Below are positions 26,101 through 38,930 of a stretch of DNA of 64,000 nt, one piece after another (position 1 is the stretch's first letter; each line of letters opens with the position of its first letter). This stretch comes from Eledone cirrhosa (taxonomy: Eukaryota), in the NCBI GenBank assembly GCA_964016885.1, contig OZ024753.1, positions 21,948,001 through 22,012,000 on the forward strand, written 5' to 3'. A program made the position numbers and the translations under genes. A model generated the notes under the pieces. The model was given only the letters and a program-made list of their open reading frames with translations, was not told where the DNA came from and did not search any database.

Positions 26101-29100
26101 GCCAGTGATGGAAGGTTTAATGAATGTGGCCAGTGGTGGAAGGTTTAAAAAATGTGGCCAGTGATGGAAGGTTTAACAAATGTGGCCAGTGATGGAAGGT
26201 TTAACAAATGTGGCCAGTGATGGAAGGTTTAACAAATGTGGCCAGTGATGGAAGGTTTAACAAATGTGGACAGTGATGGAAGGTTTCATGAATGGGGTCA
26301 GTGATGGAAGGTTTAATGAATGTGGCCAGTGATGGAAGGTTTAACAAATGTGGCCAGTGATGGAAGGTTTAACATATGTGGCCAGTGATGGAAGGTTTAA
26401 TGTATGTGGCCAGTGATGGAAGGTTTAACAAATGTGGCCAGTGATGGAATGTTTAATGAATGTGGCCAGTGATGGAAGGTTTAACAAATGTGGCCAGTGA
26501 TGGAAGGTTTAACAAATGTGGCCAGTGATGGAAGGTTTAACAAATGTCGCCAGTGATGGAAGGTTTAATAACTGTGGCCAGTGATGGAAGGGTTAACAAA
26601 TGTGGCCAGTGATGGATGGTTTAACAAATGTGGCCAGTGATGGAAGGTTTAATGAATGGGGTCAGTGATGGAAGGTTTAACAAATGTGGCTAGTGATGGA
26701 AGGTTTAACAAATGTGGCCAGTGATGGAAGGTTTAACAAATGTGGCCAGTGATGGAAGGTTTAACAAATGTGGCCAGTGATGGAAGGTTTAACAAATGTC
26801 GCCAGTGATGGAAGGTTTCACAAATGTGGCCAGTAATGGAAGGTTTAACAACTGTGGCCAGTCATGGAAGGTTTAACAAATGTGGCCAGTGATGGAAGGT
26901 TTAATAACTGTGGCCAGTGATGGAAGATTTAACAAATGTGGCCAGTGATGGAAGGTTTAACAACTGTGGCCAGTGATGGAAGGTTTAATGAATGGGGTCA
27001 GTGATGGAAGGTTTAACAACTGTGGCCAGTGATGGAAGGTTTAACAACTATGGCCAGTGATGGAAGGTTTAATGAATGTGGCCAGTGATGGAAGGTTTAA
27101 CAACTGTGGCCAGTGAATGACGGTTTAATGAATGTGGCCAGTGATGGAAGGTTTAACAAATGTGGCCAGTGATGGAAGGTTTAACAAATGTGGCCAGTGA
27201 TGGAAGGTTTAACAAATGTGGCCAGTGATGGAAGGTTTAACAAATGTGGCCAGTGATGGAAGGTTTAATGAATGTGGCCAGTGATGGAATGTTTAACAAT
27301 TGTGAACAGTGATGGAAGGTTTAATGAATGTGGCCAGAGATGGAAGGTTTAATGAATGTGGCCAGTGATGGAAGGTTTAAAAAATGTGGCCAATGATGGA
27401 AGGTTTAACAAATGTGGCCAGTGATGGAAGGTTTAATGAATGTGGCCAATGATGGAACGTTTAACAAATGTGGCCAGTGATGGAAGGTTTAACAAATGTG
27501 GCCAGTGATGGAAGGTTGAATGAATGTGGCCAGTGATGGAAGGTTTAACAACTGTGGCCAGTGATGGAAGGTTTAATGAATGTGGCCAATGATAGAAGGT
27601 TTAACAAATGTGGCCAGTGGTGGAAGGTTTAACAAATGTGGCCAGTGATGGAAGGTTTAATGAATGTGGCCAATGATAGAAGGTTTAACAAATGTGGCCA
27701 GTGATGGAAGGTTTAATGAATGTGGCCAATGATAGAAGGTTTAACAAATGTGGCCAGTGGTGGAAGGTTTAACAAATGTGGCCAGTGATGGAAGGTTTAA
27801 TGAATGTGGCCAATGATAGAAGGTTTAACAAATGTGGCCAGTGATGGAAGGTTTAACAAATGTGGCCAGTGATGGAAGGTTTAACAAATGTGGCCAGTGA
27901 TGGAAGGTTTAACAACTGTGGCCAGTGATGGAAGGTTTAATGAATGTGGCCAATGATAGAAGGTTTAACAAATGTGGCCAGTGGTGGAAGGTTTAACAAA
28001 TGTGGCCAGTGATGGAAGGTTTAATGAATGTGGCCAATGATAGAAGGTTTAACAAATGTGGCCAGTGATGGAAGGTTTAATGAATGTGGCCAATGATAGA
28101 AGGTTTAACAAATGTGGCCAGTGATGGAAGGTTTAACAAATGTGGCCAGTGATGGAAGGTTTAACAAATGTGGCCAGTGATGGAAGGTTTAACAACTGTG
28201 GCCAGTGATAGAAGGTTTAATAAATGTGGCCAGTGAAGGAAGGTTTAACAACTGTGGCCAGTGATAGAAGGTTTAAGAAATGTGGCCAGTTATGGAAGGT
28301 TTAACAACTGTGGCCAGTGATGGAAGGTTTAACAACTGTGGCCAGTGATAGAAGGTTTAATAAATGTGGCCAGTGAAGGAAGGTTTAACAACTGTGGCCA
28401 GTGATAGAAGGTTTAATAAATGTGGCCAGTGATGGAAGGTTTAACAACTGTGGCCAGTGATGGAAGGTTTAACAACTGTGGCCAGTGATGGAAGGTTTAA
28501 GAAATGTGGCCAGTTATGGAAGGTTTAACAACTGTGGCCAGTGATGGAAGGTTTAACAACTGTGGCCAGTGATAGAAGGTTTAATAAATGTGGCCAGTGA
28601 AGGAAGGTTTAACAACTGTGGCCAGTGATAGAAGGTTTAATAAATGTGGCCAGTGATGGAAGGTTTAACAACTGTGTCCAGTGATGGAGGGTTTAACAAA
28701 TGTGGCCAGTTATGGAAGGTTTAACAAATGTGGCCAGTGATGGAAGGTTTAACAAATGTGGCCAGTGATGGAAGGTTTAATTAATGTGGCCAGTGATGGA
28801 AGGTTTAACAAATGTGGCCTGTGGTGGAAGGTTTAACAACTGTGGCCAGTGATGGAAGGTTTAACAACTGTGGCCAGTGATGGAAGGTTTAACAAATGTG
28901 GTCAGTTGATGGAAGGTTTAACAAATGTGGCCAGTGATGGAAGGTTTAATGAATGTGGCCAGTGATTGAAGGTTTAACAAATGTCGCCAGTGATGGAAGG
29001 TTTAATGAATGTGGCCAGTTGTGGAAGGTTTAAAAAATGTGGCCAGTGATGGAAGGTTTAACAAATGTGGCCAGTGATGGAAGGTTTAACAAATGTTGCC

Positions 29101-31160
29101 AGTGAGGGAAGGTTTAATGAATGTGGCCAGTGATGGAAGGTTTAACAAATGTGGCCGGTGGTGGAAGGTTTAACAAATGTGGCCAGTGATGGAAGGTTTA
29201 ACAAATGTGGCCAGTGATGGAAGGTTTAATGAATGGGGTCAGTGATGGAAGGTTTAACAAATGTGGCCAGTGATGGAAGGTTTAACAAATGTGGCCAGTG
29301 ATGGAAGGTTTAACAAATGTGGCCAGTGGTGGAAGGTGTAACAAATGTGGACAGTGATGGAAGGTTTCATGAATGGGGTCAGTGATGGAAGGTTTAATGA
29401 ATGTGGCCAGTGATGGAAGGTTTAACAAATGTGGCCAGTGATGGAAGGTTTAACAAATGTGATCAGTGATGGAAGGTTTAACAAATGTGGCCAGTGATGG
29501 AAGGTTTAACAACTGTGGCCAGTGACGGAAGGTTTAACAAATGTGGCCGGTGGTGGAAGGTTTAACAAATGTGGCCAGTGATGGAAGGTTTAATGAATGG
29601 GGTCAGTGATGGAAGGTTTAACATATGTGGCCAGTGATGGAAGGTTTAACATATGTGGCCAGTGATGGAAGGTTTAATGTATGTGGCCAGTGATGGAAGG
29701 TTTAACAAATGTGGCCAGTGATGGAAGGTTTAATGAATGTGGCCAGTGATGGAAGGTTTAACAAATGTGGCCAGTGATGGAAGGTTTAACAAATGTGGCC
29801 AGTGATGGAAGATTTAACAAATGTGGCCAGTGATGGAAGGTTTAACAAATGTGGCCAGTGATGGAAGGTTTAATAACTGTGGCCAGTGATGGAAGATTTA
29901 ACAAATGTGGCCAGTGATGGAAGGTTTAATGAATGTGGCCAGTGATGGAAGGTTTAACAAATGTGGCCAGTGATGGAAGGTTTAACAAATGTGGCCAGTG
30001 ATGGATGGTTTAACAAATGTGGCCAGTGATGGAAGGTTTAATGAATGGGGTCAGTGATGGAAGGTTTAACAAATGTGGCTAGTGATGGAAGGTTTAACAA
30101 ATGTGGCCAGTGATGGAAGGTTTAACAAATGTGGCCAGTGATGGAAGGTTTAACAAATGTGGCCAGTGATGGAAGGTTTAACAAATGTGGCTAGTGATGG
30201 AAGGTTTAACAAATGTGGCCAGTGATGGAAGGTTTAACAAATGTGGCCAGTGATGGAAGGTTTAACAAATGTGACCAGTGATGGAAGGTTTAACAAATGT
30301 CGCCAGTGATGGAAGGTTTAACAACTGTGGCCAGTCATGGAAGGTTTAACAAATGTGGCCAGTGATGGAAGTTTTAACAACTGTGGCCAGTGATGGAAGG
30401 TTTAATGAATGTGGCCAGTGATGGAAGGTTTAACAACTGTGGCCAGTGATGGAAGGTTTAACAAATGTGGTCAGTTGATGGAAGGTTTAACAATTGTGGC
30501 CAGTGATGGAAGGTTTAATGAATGTGGCCAGTGATTGAAGGTTTAACAAATGTGGCCAGTGATGGAAGGTTTAACAAATGTGGCCAGTGATGGAAGGTTT
30601 AACAAATGTGGCCAGTGATGGAAGGTTTAACAAATGTGGCCAGTGAGGGAAGGTTTAATGAATGTGGCCAGTGACGGAAGGTTTAACAAATGTGGCCGGT
30701 GGTGGAAGGTTTAACAAATGTGGCCAGTGATGGAAGGTTTAATGAATGGGCCAGTGATGGAAAGTTTAACACATGTGGCCAGTGATGGAAGGTTTAACAA
30801 ATGTGGCCAGTGATGGAAGGTTTAACAAATGTGGCCAGTGATGGAAGGTTTAACAAATGTGGCCAGTGATGGAAGGTTTAACAAATGTGGCCAGTGGTGG
30901 AAGGTGTAACAAATGTGGACAGTGATGGAAGGTTTCATGAATGGGGTCAGTGATGGAAGGTTTAACAAATGTGGCCAGTGATGGAAGGTTTAACAAATGT
31001 GGCCAGTGATGGAAGGTTCAATGAATGGGGTCAGTGATGGAAGGTTTAACAAATGTGGCCAGTGATGGAAGGTTTAACAAATGTGGCCAGTGATGGAAGG
31101 TTTAACAAATGTGGCCAGTGGTGGAAGGTGTAACAAATGTGGCCAGTGATGGAAGGTTTA
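23114..31160 (+). repeat. Large duplicated block, copy B
   Basis: Matches 1-7990 except for about 7 scattered differences and one small patch at about 30740-30780. Confidence 0.93.
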
Positions 31161-34100
31161 ATGTATGTGGCCAGTGATGGAAGGTTTAACAAATGTGGCC
31201 AGTGATGGAAGGTTTAATGAATGTGGCCAGTGATGGAAGGTTTAACAAATGTGGCCAGTGATGGAAGGTTTAACAAATGTGGCCAGTGATGGAAGATTTA
31301 ACAAATGAGGCCAGTGATGGAAGGTTTAACAAATGTGGCCAGTGATGGAAGGTTTAATAACTGTGGCCAGTGATGGAAGGTTTAACAAATGTGGCCAGTG
31401 ATGGAAGGTTTAACAAATGTGGCCAGTGATGGAAGGTTTAATGAATGTGGCCTGTGATGGAAGGTTTAACAAATGTGGCTAGTGATGGAAGGTTTAACAA
31501 ATGTGGCCAGTGATGGATGGTTTAACAAATGTGGCCAGTGATGGAAGGTTTAATGAATGGGGTCAGTGATGGAAGGTTTAACAAATGTGGCTAGTGATGG
31601 AAGGTTTAACAAATGTGGCCAGTGATGGAAGGTTTAACAAATGTGGCCAGTGATGGAAGGTTTAACAAATGTGACCAGTGATGGAAGGTTTAACAAATGT
31701 GGCCAGTGATGGAAGGTTTAAAAACTGTGGCCAGTGATGGAAGGTTTAATGAATGTGGCTAGTGATGGAAGGTTTAACAAATGTGATCAGTGATAGAAGG
31801 TTTAACAAATGTGGCCAGTGATGGAAGGTTTAACAAATGTGGCCAGTGATGGAAGTTTTAACAACTGTGGCCAGTGATGGAAGGTTTAACAAATGTGGAC
31901 AGTGATGGAAGGTTTAACAACTGTGGCCAGTGATGGAAGGTTTAACAAATGTGGCCAGTGATGGAAGGTTTAATGAATGTGGCCAGTGATGGAAGGTTTA
32001 ACAACTGTGGCCAGTGATGGACGGTTTAATGAATGTGGCCAGTGATGGAAGGTTTAACAAATGTGGCCAGTGATGGAAGGTTTAACAAATGTGGCCAGTG
32101 ATGGAAGGTTTAATGAATGTGGCCAGTGATGGAATGTTTAACAATTGTGAACAGTGATGGAAGGTTTAATGAATGTGGCCAGTGATGGAAGGTTTAAAAA
32201 ATGTGGCCAATGATGGAAGGTTTAACAAATGTGGCCAGTGATGGAAGGTTTAATGAATGTGGCCAGTGATGGAAGGTTTAAATAGTGTGGCCAATGATGG
32301 AAGGTTTAACAAATGTGGCCAGTGATGGAAGGTTTAATGAATGTGGCCAATGATGGAAGGTTTAACAAATGTGGCCAGTGATGGAAGGTTGAATGAATGT
32401 GGCCAGTGATGGAAGGTTTAACAAATGTGGCCAGTGATGGAAGGTTTAACAAATGTGGCCAGTGATGGAAGGTTTAAAAACTGTGGCCAGTGATGGAAGG
32501 TTTAATGAATGTGGCCAGTGATAGAAGGTTTAACAAATGTGGCCAGTGATGGAAGGTTTAACAAATGTGGCCAGTGATGGAAGGTTTAACAAATGTGGCC
32601 AGTGATGGAAGGTTTAATGAATGTGGCCAGTGATGGAATGTTTAACAATTGTGAACAGTGATGGAAGGTTTAATGAATGTGGCCAGTGATGGAAGGTTTA
32701 ATGAATGTGGCCAGTGATGGAAGGTTTAAAAAATGTGGCCAATGATGGAAGGTTTAACAAATGTGGCCAGTGATGGAAGGTTTAATGAATGTGGCCAATG
32801 ATGGAAGGTTTAACAAATGTGGCCAGTGATGGAAGGTTGAATGAATGTGGCCAGTGATGGAAGGTTTAACAAATGTGGCCAGTGATGGAAGGTTTAACAA
32901 ATGTGGCCAGTGATGGAAGGTTTAACAAATGTGGCCAGTGGTGGAAGGTGTAACAAATGTGGCCAGTGATGGAAGGTTTCATGAATGGGGTCAGTGATGG
33001 AAGGTTTAACAAATGTGGCCAGTGATGGAAGGTTTAACAAATGTGGCCAGTGATGGAAGGTTTAACAAATGTGATCAGTGATGGAAGGTTTAACAAATGT
33101 CGCCAGTGATGGAAGGTTTAACAAATGTGGCCAGTGATGGAAGTTTTAACAAATGTGGCCAGTGATGGAAGGTTTAATAACTGTGGCCAGTGATGGAAGA
33201 TTTAACAAATGTGGCCAGTGATGGAAGGTTTAACAAATGTGGCCAGTGAGGGAAGGTTTAATGAATGTGGCCAGTGACGGAAGGTTTAACAAATGTGGCC
33301 GGTGGTGGAAGGTTTAACAAATGTGGCCAGTGATGGAAGGTTTAATGAATGGGGTCAGTGATAGAAGGTTTAACAAATGTGGCCAGTGATGGAAGGTTTA
33401 ACATATGTGGCCAGTGATGGAAGGTTTAATGTATGTGGCCAGTGATGGAAGGTTTAACAAATGTGGCCAGTGATGGAAGGTTTAATGAATGTGGCCAGTG
33501 ATGGAAGGTTTAACAAATGTGATCAGTGATGGAAGGTTTAACAAATGTGGCCAGTGATGGAAGGTTTAACAACTGTGGCCAGTGACGGAAGGTTTAACAA
33601 ATGTGGCCGGTGGTGGAAGGTTTAACAAATGTGGCCAGTGATGGAAGGTTTAATGAATGGGGTCAGTGATGGAAGGTTTAACATATGTGGCCAGTGATGG
33701 AAGGTTTAACATATGTGGCCAGTGATGGAAGGTTTAATGTATGTGGCCAGTGATGGAAGGTTTAACAAATGTGGCCAGTGATGGAAGGTTTAATGAATGT
33801 GGCCAGTGATGGAAGGTTTAACAAATGTGGCCAGTGATGGAAGGTTTAACAAATGTGGCCAGTGATGGAAGATTTAACAAATGTGGCCAGTGATGGAAGG
33901 TTTAACAAATGTGGCCAGTGATGGAAGGTTTAATAACTGTGGCCAGTGATGGAAGATTTAACAAATGTGGCCAGTGATGGAAGGTTTAATGAATGTGGCC
34001 AGTGATGGAAGGTTTAACAAATGTGGCCAGTGATGGAAGGTTTAACAAATGTGGCCAGTGATGGATGGTTTAACAAATGTGGCCAGTGATGGAAGGTTTA

Positions 34101-37100
34101 ATGAATGGGGTCAGTGATGGAAGGTTTAACAAATGTGGCTAGTGATGGAAGGTTTAACAAATGTGGCCAGTGATGGAAGGTTTAACAAATGTGGCCAGTG
34201 ATGGAAGGTTTAACAAATGTGGCCAGTGATGGAAGGTTTAACAAATGTGGCTAGTGATGGAAGGTTTAACAAATGTGGCCAGTGATGGAAGGTTTAACAA
34301 ATGTGGCCAGTGATGGAAGGTTTAACAAATGTGACCAGTGATGGAAGGTTTAACAAATGTCGCCAGTGATGGAAGGTTTAACAACTGTGGCCAGTCATGG
34401 AAGGTTTAACAAATGTGGCCAGTGATGGAAGTTTTAACAACTGTGGCCAGTGATGGAAGGTTTAATGAATGTGGCCAGTGATGGAAGGTTTAACAACTGT
34501 GGCCAGTGATGGAAGGTTTAACAAATGTGGTCAGTTGATGGAAGGTTTAACAATTGTGGCCAGTGATGGAAGGTTTAATGAATGTGGCCAGTGATTGAAG
34601 GTTTAACAAATGTGGCCAGTGATGGAAGGTTTAACAAATGTGGCCAGTGATGGAAGGTTTAACAAATGTGGCCAGTGATGGAAGGTTTAACAAATGTGGC
34701 CAGTGAGGGAAGGTTTAATGAATGTGGCCAGTGACGGAAGGTTTAACAAATGTGGCCGGTGGTGGAAGGTTTAACAAATGTGGCCAGTGATGGAAGGTTC
34801 AATGAATGGGGTCAGTGATGGAAGGTTTAACAAATGTGGCCAGTGATGGAAGGTTTAACAAATGTGGCCAGTGATGGAAGGTTTAACAAATGTGGCCAGT
34901 GGTGGAAGGTGTAACAAATGTGGACAGTGATGGAAGGTTTCATGAATGGGGTCAGTGATGTAAGGTTTAACAAATGTGGCCAGTGATGGAAGGTTTAACA
35001 AATGTGGCCAGTGATGGAAGGTTCAATGAATGGGGTCAGTGATGGAAGGTTTAACAAATGTGGCCAGTGATGGAAGGTTTAACAAATGTGGCCAGTGATG
35101 GAAGGTTTAACAAATGTGGCCAGTGGTGGAAGGTGTAACAAATGTGGCCAGTGATGGAAGGTTTAATGTATGTGGCCAGTGATGGAAGGTTTAACAAATG
35201 TGGCCAGTGATGGAAGGTTTAATGAATGTGGCCAGTGATGGAAGGTTTAACAAATGTGGCCAGTGATGGAAGGTTTAACAAATGTGGCCAGTGATGGAAG
35301 ATTTAACAAATGAGGCCAGTGATGGAAGGTTTAACAAATGTGGCCAGTGATGGAAGGTTTAATAACTGTGGCCAGTGATGGAAGGTTTAACAAATGTGGC
35401 CAGTGATGGAAGGTTTAACAAATGTGGCCAGTGATGGAAGGTTTAATGAATGTGGCCTGTGATGGAAGGTTTAACAAATGTGGCCAGTGATGGAAGGTTT
35501 AACAAATGTGGCCAGTGATGGATGGTTTAACAAATGTGGCCAGTGATGGAAGGTTTAATGAATGGGGTCAGTGATGGAAGGTTTAACAAATGTGGCTAGT
35601 GATGGAAGGTTTAACAAATGTGGCCAGTGATGGAAGGTTTAACAAATGTGGCCAGTGATGGAAGGTTTAACAAATGTGACCAGTGATGGAAGGTTTAACA
35701 AATGTGACCAGTGATGGAAGGTTTAACAAATGTCGCCAGTGATGGAAGGTTTAACAACTGTGGCCAGTCATGGAAGGTTTAACAAATGTGGCCAGTGATG
35801 GAAGTTTTAACAACTGTGGCCAGTGATGGAAGGTTTAATGAATGTGGCCAGTGATGGAAGGTTTAACAACTGTGGCCAGTGATGGAAGGTTTAACAAATG
35901 TGGTCAGTTGATGGAAGGTTTAACAATTGTGGCCAGTGATGGAAGGTTTAATGAATGTGGCCAGTGATTGAAGGTTTAACAAATGTGGCCAGTGATGGAA
36001 GGTTTAACAAATGTGGCCAGTGATGGAAGGTTTAACAAATGTGGCCAGTGATGGAAGGTTTAACAAATGTGGCCAGTGAGGGAAGGTTTAATGAATGTGG
36101 CCAGTGACGGAAGGTTTAACAAATGTGGCCGGTGGTGGAAGGTTTAACAAATGTGGCCAGTGATGGAAGGTTCAATGAATGGGGTCAGTGATGGAAGGTT
36201 TAACAAATGTGGCCAGTGATGGAAGGTTTAACAAATGTGGCCAGTGATGGAAGGTTTAACAAATGTGGCCAGTGGTGGAAGGTGTAACAAATGTGGACAG
36301 TGATGGAAGGTTTCATGAATGGGGTCAGTGATGGAAGGTTTAACAAATGTGGCCAGTGATGGAAGGTTTAACAAATGTGGCCAGTGATGGAAGGTTCAAT
36401 GAATGGGGTCAGTGATGGAAGGTTTAACAAATGTGGCCAGTGATGGAAGGTTTAACAAATGTGGCCAGTGATGGAAGGTTTAACAAATGTGGCCAGTGGT
36501 GGAAGGTGTAACAAATGTGGCCAGTGATGGAAGGTTTAATGTATGTGGCCAGTGATGGAAGGTTTAACAAATGTGGCCAGTGATGGAAGGTTTAATGAAT
36601 GTGGCCAGTGATGGAAGGTTTAACAAATGTGGCCAGTGATGGAAGGTTTAACAAATGTGGCCAGTGATGGAAGATTTAACAAATGAGGCCAGTGATGGAA
36701 GGTTTAACAAATGTGGCCAGTGATGGAAGGTTTAATAACTGTGGCCAGTGATGGAAGGTTTAACAAATGTGGCCAGTGATGGAAGGTTTAACAAATGTGG
36801 CCAGTGATGGAAGGTTTAATGAATGTGGCCTGTGATGGAAGGTTTAACAAATGTGGCCAGTGATGGAAGGTTTAACAAATGTGGCCAGTGATGGATGGTT
36901 TAACAAATGTGGCCAGTGATGGAAGGTTTAATGAATGGGGTCAGTGATGGAAGGTTTAACAAATGTGGCTAGTGATGGAAGGTTTAACAAATGTGGCCAG
37001 TGATGGAAGGTTTAACAAATGTGGCCAGTGATGGAAGGTTTAACAAATGTGACCAGTGATGGAAGGTTTAACAAATGTGGCCAGTGATGGAAGGTTTAAA

Positions 37101-38930
37101 AACTGTGGCCAGTGATGGAAGGTTTAATGAATGTGGCTAGTGATGGAAGGTTTAACAAATGTGATCAGTGATAGAAGGTTTAACAAATGTGGCCAGTGAT
37201 GGAAGGTTTAACAAATGTGGCCCGTGATGGAAGTTTTAACAACTGTGGCCAGTGATGGAAGGTTTAACAAATGTGGACAGTGATGGAAGGTTTAACAACT
37301 GTGGCCAGTGATGGAAGGTTTAACAAATGTGGCCAGTGATGGAAGGTTTAATGAATGTGGCCAGTGATGGAAGGTTTAACAACTGTGGCCAGTGATGGAC
37401 GGTTTAATGAATGTGGCCAGTGATGGAAGGTTTAACAAATGTGGCCAGTGATGGAAGGTTTAACAAATGTGGCCAGTGATGGAAGGTTTAATGAATGTGG
37501 CCAGTTATGGAATGTTTAACAATTGTGAACAGTGATGGAAGGTTTAATGAATGTGGCCAGTGATGGAAGGTTTAAAAAATGTGGCCAATGATGGAAGGTT
37601 TAACAAATGTGGCCAGTGATGGAAGGTTTAATGAATGTGGCCAGTGATGGAAGGTTTAACAAATGTGGCCAATGATGGAAGGTTTAACAAATGTGGCCAG
37701 TGATGGAAGGTTTAATGAATGTGGCCAATGATGGAAGGTTTAACAAATGTGGCCAGTGATGGAAGGTTTTATGAATGTGGCCAGTGATGGAAGGTTTATC
37801 AAATGTGGCCAGTGATGGAAGGTTTAACAAATGTGGCCAGTGATGGAAGGTTTAAAAACTGTGGCCAGTGATGGAAGGTTTAATGAATGTGGCCAGTGAT
37901 AGAAGGTTTAACAAATGTGGCCAGTGATGGAAGGTTTAACAAATGTGGCCAGTGATGGAAGGTTTAACAAATGTGGCCAGTGATGGAAGGTTTAATGAAT
38001 GTGGCCAGTGATGGAATGTTTAACAATTGTGAACAGTGATGGAAGGTTTAATGAATGTGGCCAGTGATGGAAGGTTTAATGAATGTGGCCAGTGATGGAA
38101 GGTTTAAAAAATGTGGCCAATGATGGAAGGTTTAACAAATGTGGCCAGTGTTGGAAGGTTTAATGAATGTGGCCAATGATGGAAGGTTTAACAAATGTGG
38201 CCAGTGATGGAAGGTTGAATGAATGTGGCCAGTGATGGAAGGTTTAACAAATGTGGCCAGTGATGGAAGGTTTAACAAATGTGGCCAGTGATGGAAGGTT
38301 TAACAAATGTGGCCAGTGGTGGAAGGTGTAACAAATGTGGCCAGTGATGGAAGGTTTCATGAATGGGGTCAGTGATGGAAGGTTTAACAAATGTGGCCAG
38401 TGATGGAAGGTTTAACAAATGTGGCCAGTGATGGAAGGTTTAACAAATGTGATCAGTGATGGAAGGTTTAACAAATGTCGCCAGTGATGGAAGGTTTAAC
38501 AAATGTGGCCAGTGATGGAAGTTTTAACAAATGTGGCCAGTGATGGAAGGTTTAATAACTGTGGCCAGTGATGGAAGATTTAACAAATGTGGCCAGTGAT
38601 GGAAGGTTTAACAAATGTGGCCAGTGAGGGAAGGTTTAATGAATGTGGCCAGTGACGGAAGGTTTAACAAATGTGGCCGGTGGTGGAAGGTTTAACAAAT
38701 GTGGCCAGTGATGGAAGGTTTAATGAATGGGGTCAGTGATAGAAGGTTTAACAAATGTGGCCAGTGATGGAAGGTTTAACATATGTGGCCAGTGATGGAA
38801 GGTTTAATGTATGTGGCCAGTGATGGAAGGTTTAACAAATGTGGCCAGTGATGGAAGGTTTAATGAATGTGGCCAGTGATGGAAGGTTTAACAAATGTGG
38901 CCAGTGATGGAAGGTTTAACAAATGTGGCC
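29440..38930 (+). repeat. Cluster of overlapping kb-scale duplications (offsets 4,060 and 1,373)
   Basis: The block starting GATCAGT recurs at 29461/33521 (4,060 = 145 monomers). The TGAGGCC variant occurs at 31306, 35311 and 36684 (last two 1,373 apart = 49 monomers + 1 bp). Confidence 0.82.
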
